This document shows, one piece after another, positions 10,405 to 20,781 of a stretch of 64,000 nucleotides of DNA. The stretch spans positions 4,651-68,650 of the forward strand of contig CAZZEH010000003.1 of the NCBI GenBank assembly GCA_964653095.1, given 5' to 3'. The notes beneath the pieces are model-generated. The model was not told where the DNA came from and searched no databases. It was given only the letters and a program-made list of their open reading frames with translations. Each line of letters starts with the position of its first letter. Position 1 is the first letter of the stretch. This DNA is from an uncultured Chitinophagales bacterium (GTDB taxonomy: Bacteria > Bacteroidota > Bacteroidia > Chitinophagales > JADIYW01). A program made the position numbers and the translations under genes.

Positions 10405-11405
10405 TTTTGTTTCAGTTTATTTTTGTCAAGTGTCAGCAGCCAGTTCAGAGTCCGTTTCATCCCTTCTTTATAAGAAACGGGCGGTTCCCAATCCAAATCA
10501 TTTTTTGCTTTCTCAATAGTAAATTTCAGTCTGGAACCTAAATTCTTCACGGTATAAGTGGTCAGAATCGGTCTTTGCTTCCGGCCCAAAATCTTCCAAA
10601 TAATTTCCAGTACAAATGCCGCTAACATGGCCAGCCAATACGGTATATATCGTACTTTCATTTCTGTTTGGTATGCTTTGGCTATTTTTTGACAAAAATT
10701 TTCCAGCGTATCACTTTCCCCGTCATGTACCAGATATCCCTGCCCTACGGCATTGGGATGTTCGGCAATTGTAATTAGGAGATTCGTCACGTTTCCCACA
10801 TACGCAGGCCAAACTAATGCACTTTTTCGCATAAAAACCATCTCCCGTTTCAGGATAGCATCTGCGAGCAATGGCACAAAGGTTTTATCGCCCTCTCCGT
10901 ATATCCAGCAAGGATATACCATAGTTACAGGCAGATTATATTTTTTATGGTATGACCAGGCAACCTCCTCTGCACGAATCTTAGTATCCGGATACGGTTC
11001 TCCCCACGGAGACAGCGGAAAAGTTTCATCTGTCACGACATCCTCTCTTCTTCCAAACACATCATTGGTACTGACTAATACCAATCGTTTCACACCCTGG
11101 CGTAAGGCTGCCGCACATACATTTTCGGTTCCGTGTACGGTAATTTCCTCAAATAAGCTTTTTGCTCCCCAATCAGAAACGTATGCTGCCGCATGAAAAA
11201 CAACATCCTGCCCTTTTACCGCATCAGACACGTCAGAGGAATTTCTTACATCACCGAAAAAAATATTGATACCCAAATCTTTCAGCCAATCAGCTTCCTG
11301 ATCGCCTTCCCACACAAAAGCACTTACCTCCCACCCCTTCTCAAGGCATTTTTTAATTAAATGACTACCCACAAAACCCGTAGCCCCGGTTATTAATACT
11401 TTCAT
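10401..11405 (-). CDS. NAD-dependent epimerase/dehydratase (3-beta-HSD-like) with C-terminal hydrophobic segment
   Basis: N-terminal GATGFVGSHL Rossmann motif. Overlaps the downstream SDR gene. Confidence 0.8.
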   Translation of the reverse strand: MKVLITGATGFVGSHLIKKCLEKGWEVSAFVWEGDQEADWLKDLGINIFFGDVRNSSDVSDAVKGQDVVFHAAAYVSDWGAKSLFEEITVHGTENVCAAALRQGVKRLVLVSTNDVFGRREDVVTDETFPLSPWGEPYPDTKIRAEEVAWSYHKKYNLPVTMVYPCWIYGEGDKTFVPLLADAILKREMVFMRKSALVWPAYVGNVTNLLITIAEHPNAVGQGYLVHDGESDTLENFCQKIAKAYQTEMKVRYIPYWLAMLAAFVLEIIWKILGRKQRPILTTYTVKNLGSRLKFTIEKAKNDLDWEPPVSYKEGMKRTLNWLLTLDKNKLKQK

Positions 11406-11579
11406 CAGAGATAAATTTAAAAATCAGTAAGTATATGATTTATTAAATTTATTATTAAAAATCGACATTTAGATAAAAGTCTGCCGGAAATACAGATTGA
11501 GCTAAAATTTCAATTGTTATATTTTAAGGCAGACATACGAAAAAGGTGTTTATTTTTTTGTGCATAAATAAAATTACCC

Positions 11580-11587
11580 TATCTTTG
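11580..11587 (+). promoter_or_regulatory. Bacteroidota-type -7 box TATCTTTG, with TTTG about 19 nt upstream
   Basis: TAnnTTTG consensus 20 nt upstream of the rpmE start. A TTTG at 11557-11560 is a possible -33 element. Confidence 0.55.
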
Positions 11588-11607
11588 CAGTCTGAAAATT
11601 TGAAGAA

Positions 11608-11856
11608 ATGAAAAAAGGAATTCACCCTGAAAATTACAGAACTGTCGTGTTCAAAGATTATTCCTGCGACTATACATTTTTGGGTAAGTCATGCGCCAAC
11701 ACTACTGAAACCATTGTTTACGAAGACGGCAATGAATATCCGCTTGTAAAATTAGACGTTTCAAGTGCATCCCACCCGTTCTTTACCGGGAAAATGCAAC
11801 TTTTGGATACTGCAGGACGGATTGAGAAATTTAATAAGAAGTACAAGAGAAAATAA
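11608..11856 (+). CDS. rpmE: 50S ribosomal protein L31, type B
   Basis: [10 protein letters not shown] start and FTGK motif. There is no CxxC zinc knuckle, which marks type B. Confidence 0.9.
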   Translation: MKKGIHPENYRTVVFKDYSCDYTFLGKSCANTTETIVYEDGNEYPLVKLDVSSASHPFFTGKMQLLDTAGRIEKFNKKYKRK

Positions 11857-11884
11857 AACTCTTACGCTCAGAAATAGGATATAT

Positions 11885-11917
11885 AAAGGCTTCGAAATTC
11901 GAGGCCTTTATTATTTT
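11885..11917 (+). terminator. rho-independent terminator after rpmE
   Basis: AAAGGCTTCGA-AAT-TCGAGGCCTTT hairpin followed by ATTATTTT. Confidence 0.6.
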
Positions 11918-12022
11918 AACTCCCGAAATAATTCAAAACTATTTCTGCAAAATCGAATTCGATAAGTTTTCTGAAATAAAATGAATTTACTTTGTTAAAT
12001 TTAAAACCTGATAATCAATCAA

Positions 12023-12856
12023 ATGAAAACAAACACGCACAATTGGCAAACAAATGACGGAATAAATATTTACGCCAAAACCTGGGAACCTGAAGATGGA
12101 AACTCAAAGGGAGTAATTACCTTAGTACACGGACTCGGTGAGCATATTGAACGATACAATCATGTAGCTGAAGCTCTGACTGGAGCAGGTTTTTCCATGT
12201 TGGGGTACGATCAGCGCGGACATGGTCAGTCAGGAGGAAGCAGAGGGCATATTCCAAGCTATGAACAGTTTTTGGATGATGTCTCACTCGCTATTCAAAA
12301 AACAACAGAACTTCTTCCCAAAGCTCCGCATTTCATATACGGACACAGTATGGGCGGAGGATTAGTTGCCAACTACCTGATTAGGAGACAGCCCAAACTC
12401 AAAGCAGCCATCCTTTCTGCACCATACTTTAGACTGACCAATCCACAACCAGCCTTGAAAGTATCTTTAGGAAGGCTCACTCAAAATTTATTACCCAAAC
12501 TGACTCTTCCCAACGGACTTAATCCCAATCACATCTCGAGAGACAAAAACGTAGTCGAGAAGTATATAAACGACCCGTTGGTACACAATAAGATTTCCGC
12601 CAAAATGGGTATCTCAATCGTAGATGCGGGAGAATATGCAATCGAACACGCCGCAGAAATAAAAGTCCCAACTCTTATACTTCACGGATCGGGCGATCAG
12701 ATTACTTCGCCTGAGGCTTCACAATTGCTGGCCAATAAATCAGAAGTGGTCAAAATTAAGCTTTTGCCGAGGCTGTTTCACGAAATACACAACGAACCGG
12801 AAAAACAGGAAGTTTTGAATGCGATTATAGACTGGCTGAACAGCCATCTCATTTAA
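12023..12856 (+). CDS. alpha/beta hydrolase (lysophospholipase / monoacylglycerol lipase-like)
   Basis: HGLGEH oxyanion region, GHSMGG nucleophile elbow and a C-terminal catalytic His context (FHEIHNE). Confidence 0.8.
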   Translation: MKTNTHNWQTNDGINIYAKTWEPEDGNSKGVITLVHGLGEHIERYNHVAEALTGAGFSMLGYDQRGHGQSGGSRGHIPSYEQFLDDVSLAIQKTTELLPKAPHFIYGHSMGGGLVANYLIRRQPKLKAAILSAPYFRLTNPQPALKVSLGRLTQNLLPKLTLPNGLNPNHISRDKNVVEKYINDPLVHNKISAKMGISIVDAGEYAIEHAAEIKVPTLILHGSGDQITSPEASQLLANKSEVVKIKLLPRLFHEIHNEPEKQEVLNAIIDWLNSHLI

Positions 12857-12950
12857 ACCATTAAATCATATCAAAACAGGTGATTTCAGATTATAATGTT
12901 AAAAATCATTAACAATTGTATATACAACTATTGTTTATACTTCTTGTTAT

Positions 12951-12958
12951 TATCTTTG
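12951..12958 (+). promoter_or_regulatory. Bacteroidota-type -7 box TATCTTTG
   Basis: TAnnTTTG upstream of the preferred YceI start at 13015. Confidence 0.5.
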
Positions 12959-13014
12959 CGCTGAAAACAATTTTAAAGAAATATTGTCTTAGAAACTTTA
13001 AACTATTTATATCT

Positions 13015-13635
13015 ATGAAAAAACTATTTTTTATTTTTGGAATTGCAGGTCTTTTATTTACGTCCTGTGTAAGCAATCCTGAAGGAGAGAAAGCAGTTAC
13101 CGGAGAAGCTGCAGAAATTGCGGCATCAGAAGGCGCTGATCTGACTGTAAACACCGAATCCTCCAATGTGGAATGGGCAGGTAAAAAAATGACTGCGACT
13201 CACCACGGGGAGATTAAAATCAAAGAAGGCAAAGTACATGTAAACGGCGACCAGCTTACTGCAGGAAAATTCGTCATAGACATGACTTCTTTCGAAAACT
13301 TTGATCAGGAAGGCGAATGGAAAGTCAAACTTGAAGGGCATTTGGCGAGTGAAGATTTTTTCCATATTGAAGAGCATCCTGAAGCAGTACTTGAAATTAC
13401 TAACGTTGAAGGAAGCGGAGTGGGCACAACTTCTGTTTCGGCTAATCTCACCATCAAAGGAATTACCAAGAATATTACATTCAATGCAGACGTAACTGAC
13501 ATTTCAGAATCTTCCTTTGCGGCATCTGCCGACTTCAACATCGAAAGATTTGATTGGGATATCACTTATCCGGGAATGCCGGACGACCTAATCAGCAAGG
13601 AAATCAACTTTAAAGTCAACATCTCAGCAAACTAA
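13015..13635 (+). CDS. YceI-family lipoprotein
   Basis: The internal start MKKLFFIFGIAGLLFTSC gives a lipoprotein signal. The beta-rich YceI-like body contains HHGEIK. The ORF-track start at 12916 would cover the promoter box. Confidence 0.75.
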   Translation: MKKLFFIFGIAGLLFTSCVSNPEGEKAVTGEAAEIAASEGADLTVNTESSNVEWAGKKMTATHHGEIKIKEGKVHVNGDQLTAGKFVIDMTSFENFDQEGEWKVKLEGHLASEDFFHIEEHPEAVLEITNVEGSGVGTTSVSANLTIKGITKNITFNADVTDISESSFAASADFNIERFDWDITYPGMPDDLISKEINFKVNISAN

Positions 13636-13671
13636 TTACGGGTTCACAAACAATTTCATAATATATGAATG

Positions 13672-13699
13672 GGCTGCTGAAATAGCAGCCTTTTTTATT
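13672..13699 (+). terminator. rho-independent terminator after the YceI gene
   Basis: GGCTGCT-GAAAT-AGCAGCC followed by TTTTTTATTT. Confidence 0.75.
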
Positions 13700-13788
13700 T
13701 GCGGTAAACGCATCTTTTAAAATCTTGTTATTTATTTATAAAAACACTTTCTACTGTCTTTTTTTAGTGTAAATAACCAGATATTTGA

Positions 13789-13806
13789 TTTGACAATTTT
13801 GTCAAA
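13789..13806 (+). promoter_or_regulatory. candidate TetR operator (perfect inverted repeat)
   Basis: TTTGACAA-TT-TTGTCAAA ends 6 nt before the TetR start codon. Confidence 0.55.
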
Positions 13807-13811
13807 CCGTT

Positions 13812-14426
13812 ATGCCACAACTAACCAGGGAGAAGAAAGATACCGAAGAAATTATCAAACTTGCTGCGCAGAAAGTTTTTTTCAAGAAAGGGCTTGACGG
13901 TGCAAAGCTTCAGGAGATTGCAGATGAAGCCGGAATCAGCAGAACTTCCCTCCACTACTATTACAAGAATAAGGAAAACCTCTACTCTGCTGTTTTTACA
14001 GACAAACTTTTAGACCTGAAAATTCGCCTTGGAAGTACCGTCCATAAAAACCTGCCTCTAAAAGAAAAGCTGATAGAATTTACCAGAGAATATTTTGCTC
14101 TCGCAGTTGAAGACCCGGAGTTTGATTTATTTATCTTAAATGAATTTTGTACTCAGCCGGAAAAAATGCTCAAAATTGTCAATGCACACAGCTTTTCCAA
14201 TATGGTGATGCAGGATATAGAAAAACTGATTAAAAAAGGGCAGATAAACGGTCAGGCCAAACAGCATTTTATTACATTTATATCCGTTGTGTTTTTCCCT
14301 TTTGCCGCTAAAAGTATGATACAGCATATGCTGAAATGTGCAGATGATGATTATATTCATTTTTTAAGGGAACGGGAACAGTATATCATCAATTTTATTC
14401 AACACTATTTTAAATCTACTTTCTAA
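13812..14426 (+). CDS. TetR/AcrR family transcriptional regulator
   Basis: N-terminal HTH with LQEIADEAGISRTSLHYYYKNKENL. It lies upstream of the RND operon. Confidence 0.85.
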   Translation: MPQLTREKKDTEEIIKLAAQKVFFKKGLDGAKLQEIADEAGISRTSLHYYYKNKENLYSAVFTDKLLDLKIRLGSTVHKNLPLKEKLIEFTREYFALAVEDPEFDLFILNEFCTQPEKMLKIVNAHSFSNMVMQDIEKLIKKGQINGQAKQHFITFISVVFFPFAAKSMIQHMLKCADDDYIHFLREREQYIINFIQHYFKSTF

Positions 14427-14435
14427 AATCGAAAT

Positions 14436-15497
14436 ATGAACAATGCTATCCGATTGATAATCTTTGCTGTAGTACTCGGCGGCTTGGCAGTTCTGGCTTT
14501 TTTAAAACTAAAAACAAATCAGAAAGAAGTCCAGTCCAAAATATACAGAATGAATCCCAATGCGAGTGTACTCATACAGGCAGAAACACTGCAGGAAGAA
14601 GTTTTTCAATATCAGACTTCTTATCTCGGATCATTCACACCCAACAGAGAAGTCCTCATCATGTCGGAAGGCGCCGGAAGAGTTGTCAAAGATCACATCC
14701 GGGAGGGCATGGCAGTATCCGCGGGACAGGTCATCGCCCAATTAGATACCGACATACTGAACAGTCAGCTTAAGATAGCCGAGGGAAATTTGGAATTTGC
14801 CGAAAAGACCGCACAAAGAATGACCAATGCGTCGTCCGGGCTGTCAGAAATCAAAATAGATGAAGCCTTAAACAATGTGAACACTCTGAAACACCAGATT
14901 GAGCTGTACAAAAAGCAAATCTCAATGGCCACAATCAAAGCTCCTTTCAGCGGCATTATTACAGGCAAGTTTTATGAAATCGGCTCATTGGCAGGAGGCG
15001 GTACTCAAATGGCGATGCTGACCGACATTCAGACCTTAAAGCTCGAAATTAATGTTCCTGAAAGAGATATTGCCAGGTTTAAAAAAGGAATGAATATAGA
15101 AGTCAGTACCAAGGTCTATCCTGAACATCTGTACAACGGTGTAGTGGATATACTTGGAGTTAAAACAGATGCCACCAAAAATTTTAAAGTAAAAATTTCA
15201 GTTACAAACTCTTCCAAGTTTCCGTTAAAATCGGGAATGTACGGAACTGTAACGCTGGTAAATTCGGAGCAGGAAAAAACGGTCAGTATTCCGCGCACAG
15301 CATTGGTCGGTTCCAATAAAAACCCGGAAGTCTATGTCATAAAAGACAGCATAGCTACCCGACGCCCGATTATATTGGGAGCCAGCAACGAAACGAGATT
15401 ACAGGTATTGGAAGGTTTGAAAGAGAACGAAGTAGTAGCTGTTGGCGGTTTAGTAAACTTGTCAGACGGTACAAAAGTATCTATCGCTAAAAAATAA
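14436..15497 (+). CDS. RND efflux periplasmic adaptor (membrane fusion protein)
   Basis: N-terminal anchor, a coiled-coil hairpin region and beta-barrel motifs. Positioned before the RND permease. Confidence 0.85.
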   Translation: MNNAIRLIIFAVVLGGLAVLAFLKLKTNQKEVQSKIYRMNPNASVLIQAETLQEEVFQYQTSYLGSFTPNREVLIMSEGAGRVVKDHIREGMAVSAGQVIAQLDTDILNSQLKIAEGNLEFAEKTAQRMTNASSGLSEIKIDEALNNVNTLKHQIELYKKQISMATIKAPFSGIITGKFYEIGSLAGGGTQMAMLTDIQTLKLEINVPERDIARFKKGMNIEVSTKVYPEHLYNGVVDILGVKTDATKNFKVKISVTNSSKFPLKSGMYGTVTLVNSEQEKTVSIPRTALVGSNKNPEVYVIKDSIATRRPIILGASNETRLQVLEGLKENEVVAVGGLVNLSDGTKVSIAKK

Positions 15498-15519
15498 ATT
15501 ATACGGAAGAGAGTCTGAT

Positions 15520-18500
15520 ATGAAACTAACAAAAATAGCGATTGAGCGTCCATCTCTGATTATAGTCATATTCCTTGTACTGATTTTGACCGGATTGTAT
15601 TCGTACAATCAACTGAATTACGAGTTGATGCCGGAATTTTCCCAGCCGACTCTTATTATTACCACACAATATCCCGGAGCAGACCCGAGCAACGTGGAGC
15701 AGTCTGTATCCAAAAAGTTAGAAGATGAACTTGCCAGTATAGACGGACTGAAAAATATTATCACTCAGTCTTACGAAAGCATGTCCATGATTGTGGCGGA
15801 GTTTAAATTTGGTGTGGACATAGATGAAAAGCAGCAGGAAGTTCAGCGAAAATTCAACAGTATTATCGGTGACCTTCCGGCCGAAATAAAAACGCCCAAC
15901 ATTTCCAAGATTGTACCCAGCGACCAGCCCATTATGCAGTTACAGGGTACCTCTTCCCTGAGTACAACCGACTTTTACGACTTAGTCAAAAATGAAATTG
16001 TTCCTCAAATTCAGCAAATCTCAGGTGTCGGACAGGTCACGCTTATCGGAGGACAGGAACGGGAAATTCAGGTAAACGTAGATAAAGAAAAATTGGATTT
16101 TTACAATCTGTCTATTCTGCAGATTACCCAAAAGATAGCCACAAACAACCTTGAATTTCCTACGGGAAAAGTTAAAGACGACGGCGACCAGATGACTGTA
16201 AGACTGACCGGACGGTTTAATTCTACAGAAGATATCGAAGAACTGGTCATTCTCCAAAGTCCGAGTCCTTACGGAAGTACCATCAAATTAAAAGATGTAG
16301 CCGAAGTTTCCGATATACTTAAAGAGCCTTCCTCCATCAACCGATACAATGGTGTCAACGGAATCGGTATTGTGATACGAAAACAGAGCGGTTCGAATGC
16401 CGTAGAAATCAGTAATGCAATTCACGAAGTCATACACAAACTGGAGTCCAAGTACAAACCTATCAGCCTGAATATTACGGTTACGGATGATCAGGCTGTT
16501 TTCACTATGGCTTCGGTAGATGCGGTACAGCACGACCTGATGATGGCGGTCATATTAGTATCTCTGATTATGCTGCTTTTCCTGCACAGCCTCAGAGACT
16601 CTCTGACTGTGCTGCTGGCCATTCCCACTTCACTGATTTCCACATTTTTGGCTATGAATCTGTTGGGTTACTCGCTCAACCTGATGACCCTGCTTGCACT
16701 TTCATTAGTCATCGGTATTCTCGTGGACGACTCTATCGTGGTACTGGAAAATATTCACCGGCATCTGCAAATGGGCAAACCCAAACGCGCTGCAGCCTTA
16801 GATGGGCGTACCGAAATTGGCTTTGCGGCAATGGCTATTACCACGGTGGACATTGTGGTGTTTGGTCCTATTGCTTTAGTCAATACCAGTATATCTCCGG
16901 TATTAAGACAATTTTCTATTTCAGTAGTCGTATCAACCGCGATGAGTCTGTTTGTCGCATTTACCCTGACCCCGTGGTTAGCTTCGAGAATGGGAAAAAT
17001 CACAGAACTAAACCCAAAGAATCCTCTCCACGCAATATTAATCGGCTTTGAGAAAGGTTTGGAAAGATTAACCGAGGTATATAAAGTAGCTTTAAAATGG
17101 ACTTTGAATCACAGAGGGATTACCACCACGGTGGTGATCGGTTTATTCGTGCTGACCGGACTGATTATGCAAATGGGCATATTGGGCAATGAATTGGTTT
17201 CTGAAGGCGATCAGGGAAAAATTCAGTACAAGCTCGAATTTGACAAGAGCACAACCCTCCGTGAAAACAATTTAAAATCAAAAGAAATTGAAAATTACCT
17301 CTTAGCCCTCCCCGAAGTAAAAAGTGTTTTCAGTAACGTAGCCGGGCCTTCCATGACGGGATTTGAAGCTTTGGTTTCCATTGGGCAGGATTATAAAACA
17401 GAATTAGTGGTTCAGTTAGTAGATGCCAAAGAAAGACATCTCACTACAGATGAATTTCTTATTCGCTATGCCGACAGCCTAAACAGCAAGTTTACCGGTA
17501 TGAAAATCCGCTCCAAAACTATCGGTTTGCTCAACTCAGGAGAGCCTATTCAGATTATCTTGCAGGCAGAAGATTTAAGCCTATTGGAAGCTTCGGCATT
17601 AGATTTAAAAGAAAGAATCGAAAAAATTCCCGGCACTATTGATGTCAGTATCTCATTGGAAGATGGCAACCCTGAAATTCAGATAGATATCGACCGAGAC
17701 CGGATGGGTACGTTTGGGTTAGATATCAGGACAGTCGGGGCTACTATTCAAAACGCACTGTCCGGAAACAAAGATGCCAAGTTTAGAGTACACAATAACG
17801 AATATGACATCAACATCAAATTTGATGAGTTTGACAGAAAAAGTGCAGAAGATGTCAAAAATATAAAAATTCTCAACGGACAGGGACAGCTGATAAGCTT
17901 ATCACAATTTGCCACTGTCACTCAGGGAAGCGGACCGAGTGTGTTAGAAAGACAGGACAGAAGGATGTCCATACGAGTCAAGAGTAACCTACTGGGCAGC
18001 ACCGCTGGTATTGTCGCTAAAGAAATAGACAAATCTGTTGAAAGCAGACCACTTCCGGCAGGAGTAGATTTCAGATGGACGGGGGACGTAGAGCGACAGG
18101 AAGAATCGTTCAGTGCTCTTTCCATCGCGTTTATAGCTTCTTTTATTTTCATGTACTTAGTTATGGTGGCTCTGTATGACAGTTTCCTCTACCCTTTCGT
18201 CGTGCTTTTCTCGATACCGGTCGCATTTATAGGGGCATTCCTGGCACTCAACTTAGCTCAATCCACCATGAGTATGTTTACCATTCTGGGGCTGATTATG
18301 CTGCTCGGATTAGTAGCCAAAAACGCCATCTTAATTGTGGACTTTGCCAATCAGAAAAAGGCAGAAGGAGCTTCTTCTTTTGACGCTCTGATACAGGCCG
18401 GCGCGATACGACTCCGACCTATCCTCATGACCACAGTCGCCATGGTGGCGGGTATGCTTCCGATTGCTTTGGCCAAAGGGGCCGGTTCAGAGTGGAAAAA

Positions 18501-18678
18501 CGGATTGGGATGGGTACTTGTCGGCGGACTGACTTCCTCCATGATTCTGACTGTTTTTGTAGTGCCGATTGTGTATTACACTGCAGATAAGCTAAAGGCG
18601 CGTTTTGCGAGGTGGTTTGGAAGCAAAGAAGAAACTGATCCGGATGCCGTCACAGACAATATCTTTATCGAACACTAA
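15520..18678 (+). CDS. RND efflux permease (AcrB family)
   Basis: 1052 aa with a 12-TM architecture and two large periplasmic loops. Typical VDDSIVVLENI motif. Confidence 0.9.
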   Translation: MKLTKIAIERPSLIIVIFLVLILTGLYSYNQLNYELMPEFSQPTLIITTQYPGADPSNVEQSVSKKLEDELASIDGLKNIITQSYESMSMIVAEFKFGVDIDEKQQEVQRKFNSIIGDLPAEIKTPNISKIVPSDQPIMQLQGTSSLSTTDFYDLVKNEIVPQIQQISGVGQVTLIGGQEREIQVNVDKEKLDFYNLSILQITQKIATNNLEFPTGKVKDDGDQMTVRLTGRFNSTEDIEELVILQSPSPYGSTIKLKDVAEVSDILKEPSSINRYNGVNGIGIVIRKQSGSNAVEISNAIHEVIHKLESKYKPISLNITVTDDQAVFTMASVDAVQHDLMMAVILVSLIMLLFLHSLRDSLTVLLAIPTSLISTFLAMNLLGYSLNLMTLLALSLVIGILVDDSIVVLENIHRHLQMGKPKRAAALDGRTEIGFAAMAITTVDIVVFGPIALVNTSISPVLRQFSISVVVSTAMSLFVAFTLTPWLASRMGKITELNPKNPLHAILIGFEKGLERLTEVYKVALKWTLNHRGITTTVVIGLFVLTGLIMQMGILGNELVSEGDQGKIQYKLEFDKSTTLRENNLKSKEIENYLLALPEVKSVFSNVAGPSMTGFEALVSIGQDYKTELVVQLVDAKERHLTTDEFLIRYADSLNSKFTGMKIRSKTIGLLNSGEPIQIILQAEDLSLLEASALDLKERIEKIPGTIDVSISLEDGNPEIQIDIDRDRMGTFGLDIRTVGATIQNALSGNKDAKFRVHNNEYDINIKFDEFDRKSAEDVKNIKILNGQGQLISLSQFATVTQGSGPSVLERQDRRMSIRVKSNLLGSTAGIVAKEIDKSVESRPLPAGVDFRWTGDVERQEESFSALSIAFIASFIFMYLVMVALYDSFLYPFVVLFSIPVAFIGAFLALNLAQSTMSMFTILGLIMLLGLVAKNAILIVDFANQKKAEGASSFDALIQAGAIRLRPILMTTVAMVAGMLPIALAKGAGSEWKNGLGWVLVGGLTSSMILTVFVVPIVYYTADKLKARFARWFGSKEETDPDAVTDNIFIEH

Positions 18679-18864
18679 GCGACAAAAAGCCTGTTATAAG
18701 AGCTTTTAGAACCCCACTATCACAGAACAACTGAAACCTGCTCTCGTGTAGGGATTAGCAAATAAAGAGTCCTTTTGAGGATTTGTAAAGAATTTTAAGT
18801 ATTTTTAAATTAAATAATGTCTCATTGTAAGTTGGGCTAAATTGTAATTACACATAATAAAATC

Positions 18865-20628
18865 ATGCACTTTAGAAAAAAGAGTTTAATATTGGCTATT
18901 GCAGTGACGCTAATAGCATCCGGTGTTTATCTGTTTTATGTTAACTACAACCCAAAGAAAACTCTCAGAAGAAAACTTGCAGAGTTATTTGATAGACCAG
19001 TTGAATTGATTGAGCTTAATCTGCCACCTGCGGACGGGAGATATCCCGGCACCGTTTTGCTAACGGCTCGAGAAGGTCAATCATTAACCATAAAACGAGA
19101 AAACAGACCAATAAAAATTCCAATCAAAACATCACAAGTAACAATTACTGCTGATGGAAGTTCTGATGTAAAACTCTTTGGTGAGCTATTGGGTGCATTA
19201 AATTCATCAGGTGATATATCCATTCAAATTGATTTAGACGAATTGCGATTATTTGAAACTGATTTAAATTCCGAATTTAAAGACAAATTATTGAGTAATG
19301 AAAGCATTATAAATGCTGAGAAAAACGGCCTAAAACCTAGGGCAATTGTTAGAGCTTATGAAGCAATTGTAACCTATACAGTCAAAAAAGGAAGCAAAAT
19401 TAAAGGAGAGCATTGGAACAAAATTAAAGAACAACTGATTGAAGTTGGCGGTAGTTTATCAAGTAGTGGCGGAGTAACGATAAAAGTTGAAGCCCCTTCA
19501 ATTGTTGCCTATGAAACTGTTTTGATTAATTTTATTTCTACCAATTTAAAAGCAGGAAAACCGGACGGTTTAATTTTCAAAGAATACATAGTTCCAGATA
19601 TTACAAATAACCATCTTGATTTAGAACAATTTAACTTAGATAAGGGAGACTCAAATGTCAAATATATCGCTCTGGGCAATTCAACCTATCAAAGCAAATA
19701 TTTTGGGAATCTACGGATAGTTCCTAATAGTTTAGAATTAGTTTCTTCTGTTTTTAATATTGCCGGAGCAGAATCTGCTCATAATTCTAATAATGAAGAT
19801 TTTGTTTCAGAAAAATTATTAGATAATATATTAGATGATTTAGAAAAATCAGATTTAAAATCAGATTACACTTCATTACTGTTATTTTATTATGTTGGGC
19901 ATGCTGTTTCTGGACCAAATGGACATTCATACTTAGTTTTAAATGAATACAATGGAAATCCAAGTGAAGACATAGGAGAAAATTTTTATCATGGACTTTA
20001 TCGTGAATCCATTGACCATAAATCATCACCATTAAGCGGCTCAAACTTTTCAGACATTCTTGATTTAATGGGAGTAATTGCCGCTGAATATCCCGAAGAA
20101 GTCAGTGGTTTATACCCCGTTTCTAAAATTTCAAATAAATTAGAGAAATTAGGGATTCCTTTTGTAATTATTATAGATGCATGTTATAGTCATGAACAAA
20201 TGGAAAAATTAAGGAATAGACTGAATTTGACAAAAAATGGAGATTACTATGGTCCCAATGACTATGGTGGTCCTAATGAATTTTTAAAATATTCAGATGC
20301 AATTAAAAGATTTCGGCAAGCTCCTTATTTAAACTCATCAAACGTAGTTATCCTATCATCGGCACCCGGAAGTATTGCTGTTGAAATTCCCAGCCCTAAA
20401 GCTACTTTTTTTAAAAATGAGTTCGTTGCACCACTTGCTGGTAAAATTTACAATCAACTTAATCGGTTTGTAGCAAACACAAAACCTGTTTCTTATGGTG
20501 ATTTTCTATATTCTTTGGTTGATGTAAAAAAGATGGGAGAAGTAAAGATTCACGGTGTAACAAGTTGGTCAGACTTTACATTAGTGAATAATGTAGAAAT
20601 GCTAAACCCCAAAGCGAAATATGAATAA
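18865..20628 (+). CDS. membrane-anchored protein with C-terminal caspase-like (peptidase C14/CHAT-type) domain
   Basis: N-terminal TM helix. His/Cys dyad contexts LLLFYYVGHAVSG and FVIIIDACYSHE, plus KYIALGNSTY and VVILSSAPGS strands. Confidence 0.55.
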   Translation: MHFRKKSLILAIAVTLIASGVYLFYVNYNPKKTLRRKLAELFDRPVELIELNLPPADGRYPGTVLLTAREGQSLTIKRENRPIKIPIKTSQVTITADGSSDVKLFGELLGALNSSGDISIQIDLDELRLFETDLNSEFKDKLLSNESIINAEKNGLKPRAIVRAYEAIVTYTVKKGSKIKGEHWNKIKEQLIEVGGSLSSSGGVTIKVEAPSIVAYETVLINFISTNLKAGKPDGLIFKEYIVPDITNNHLDLEQFNLDKGDSNVKYIALGNSTYQSKYFGNLRIVPNSLELVSSVFNIAGAESAHNSNNEDFVSEKLLDNILDDLEKSDLKSDYTSLLLFYYVGHAVSGPNGHSYLVLNEYNGNPSEDIGENFYHGLYRESIDHKSSPLSGSNFSDILDLMGVIAAEYPEEVSGLYPVSKISNKLEKLGIPFVIIIDACYSHEQMEKLRNRLNLTKNGDYYGPNDYGGPNEFLKYSDAIKRFRQAPYLNSSNVVILSSAPGSIAVEIPSPKATFFKNEFVAPLAGKIYNQLNRFVANTKPVSYGDFLYSLVDVKKMGEVKIHGVTSWSDFTLVNNVEMLNPKAKYE

Positions 20629-20781
20629 GAACGGCATTTGCCCATAGCTCACTTGGCGAAATCGGCAGGAAACGGCTTCGCTTGAAAATCCTGTGTAAAT
20701 TTGAAGCACTGTATTCGGTTGAAGCTCAGTGCTAAAAGTGTTGCTTTCACTACATCAACAGTTCCAGTTCGATATTACCCA

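Noticed and set aside
12916-13014. Upstream extension of the YceI ORF
   Set aside because: The extension would cover the TATCTTTG promoter box and lacks a signal peptide. The internal Met gives a clean lipoprotein signal.
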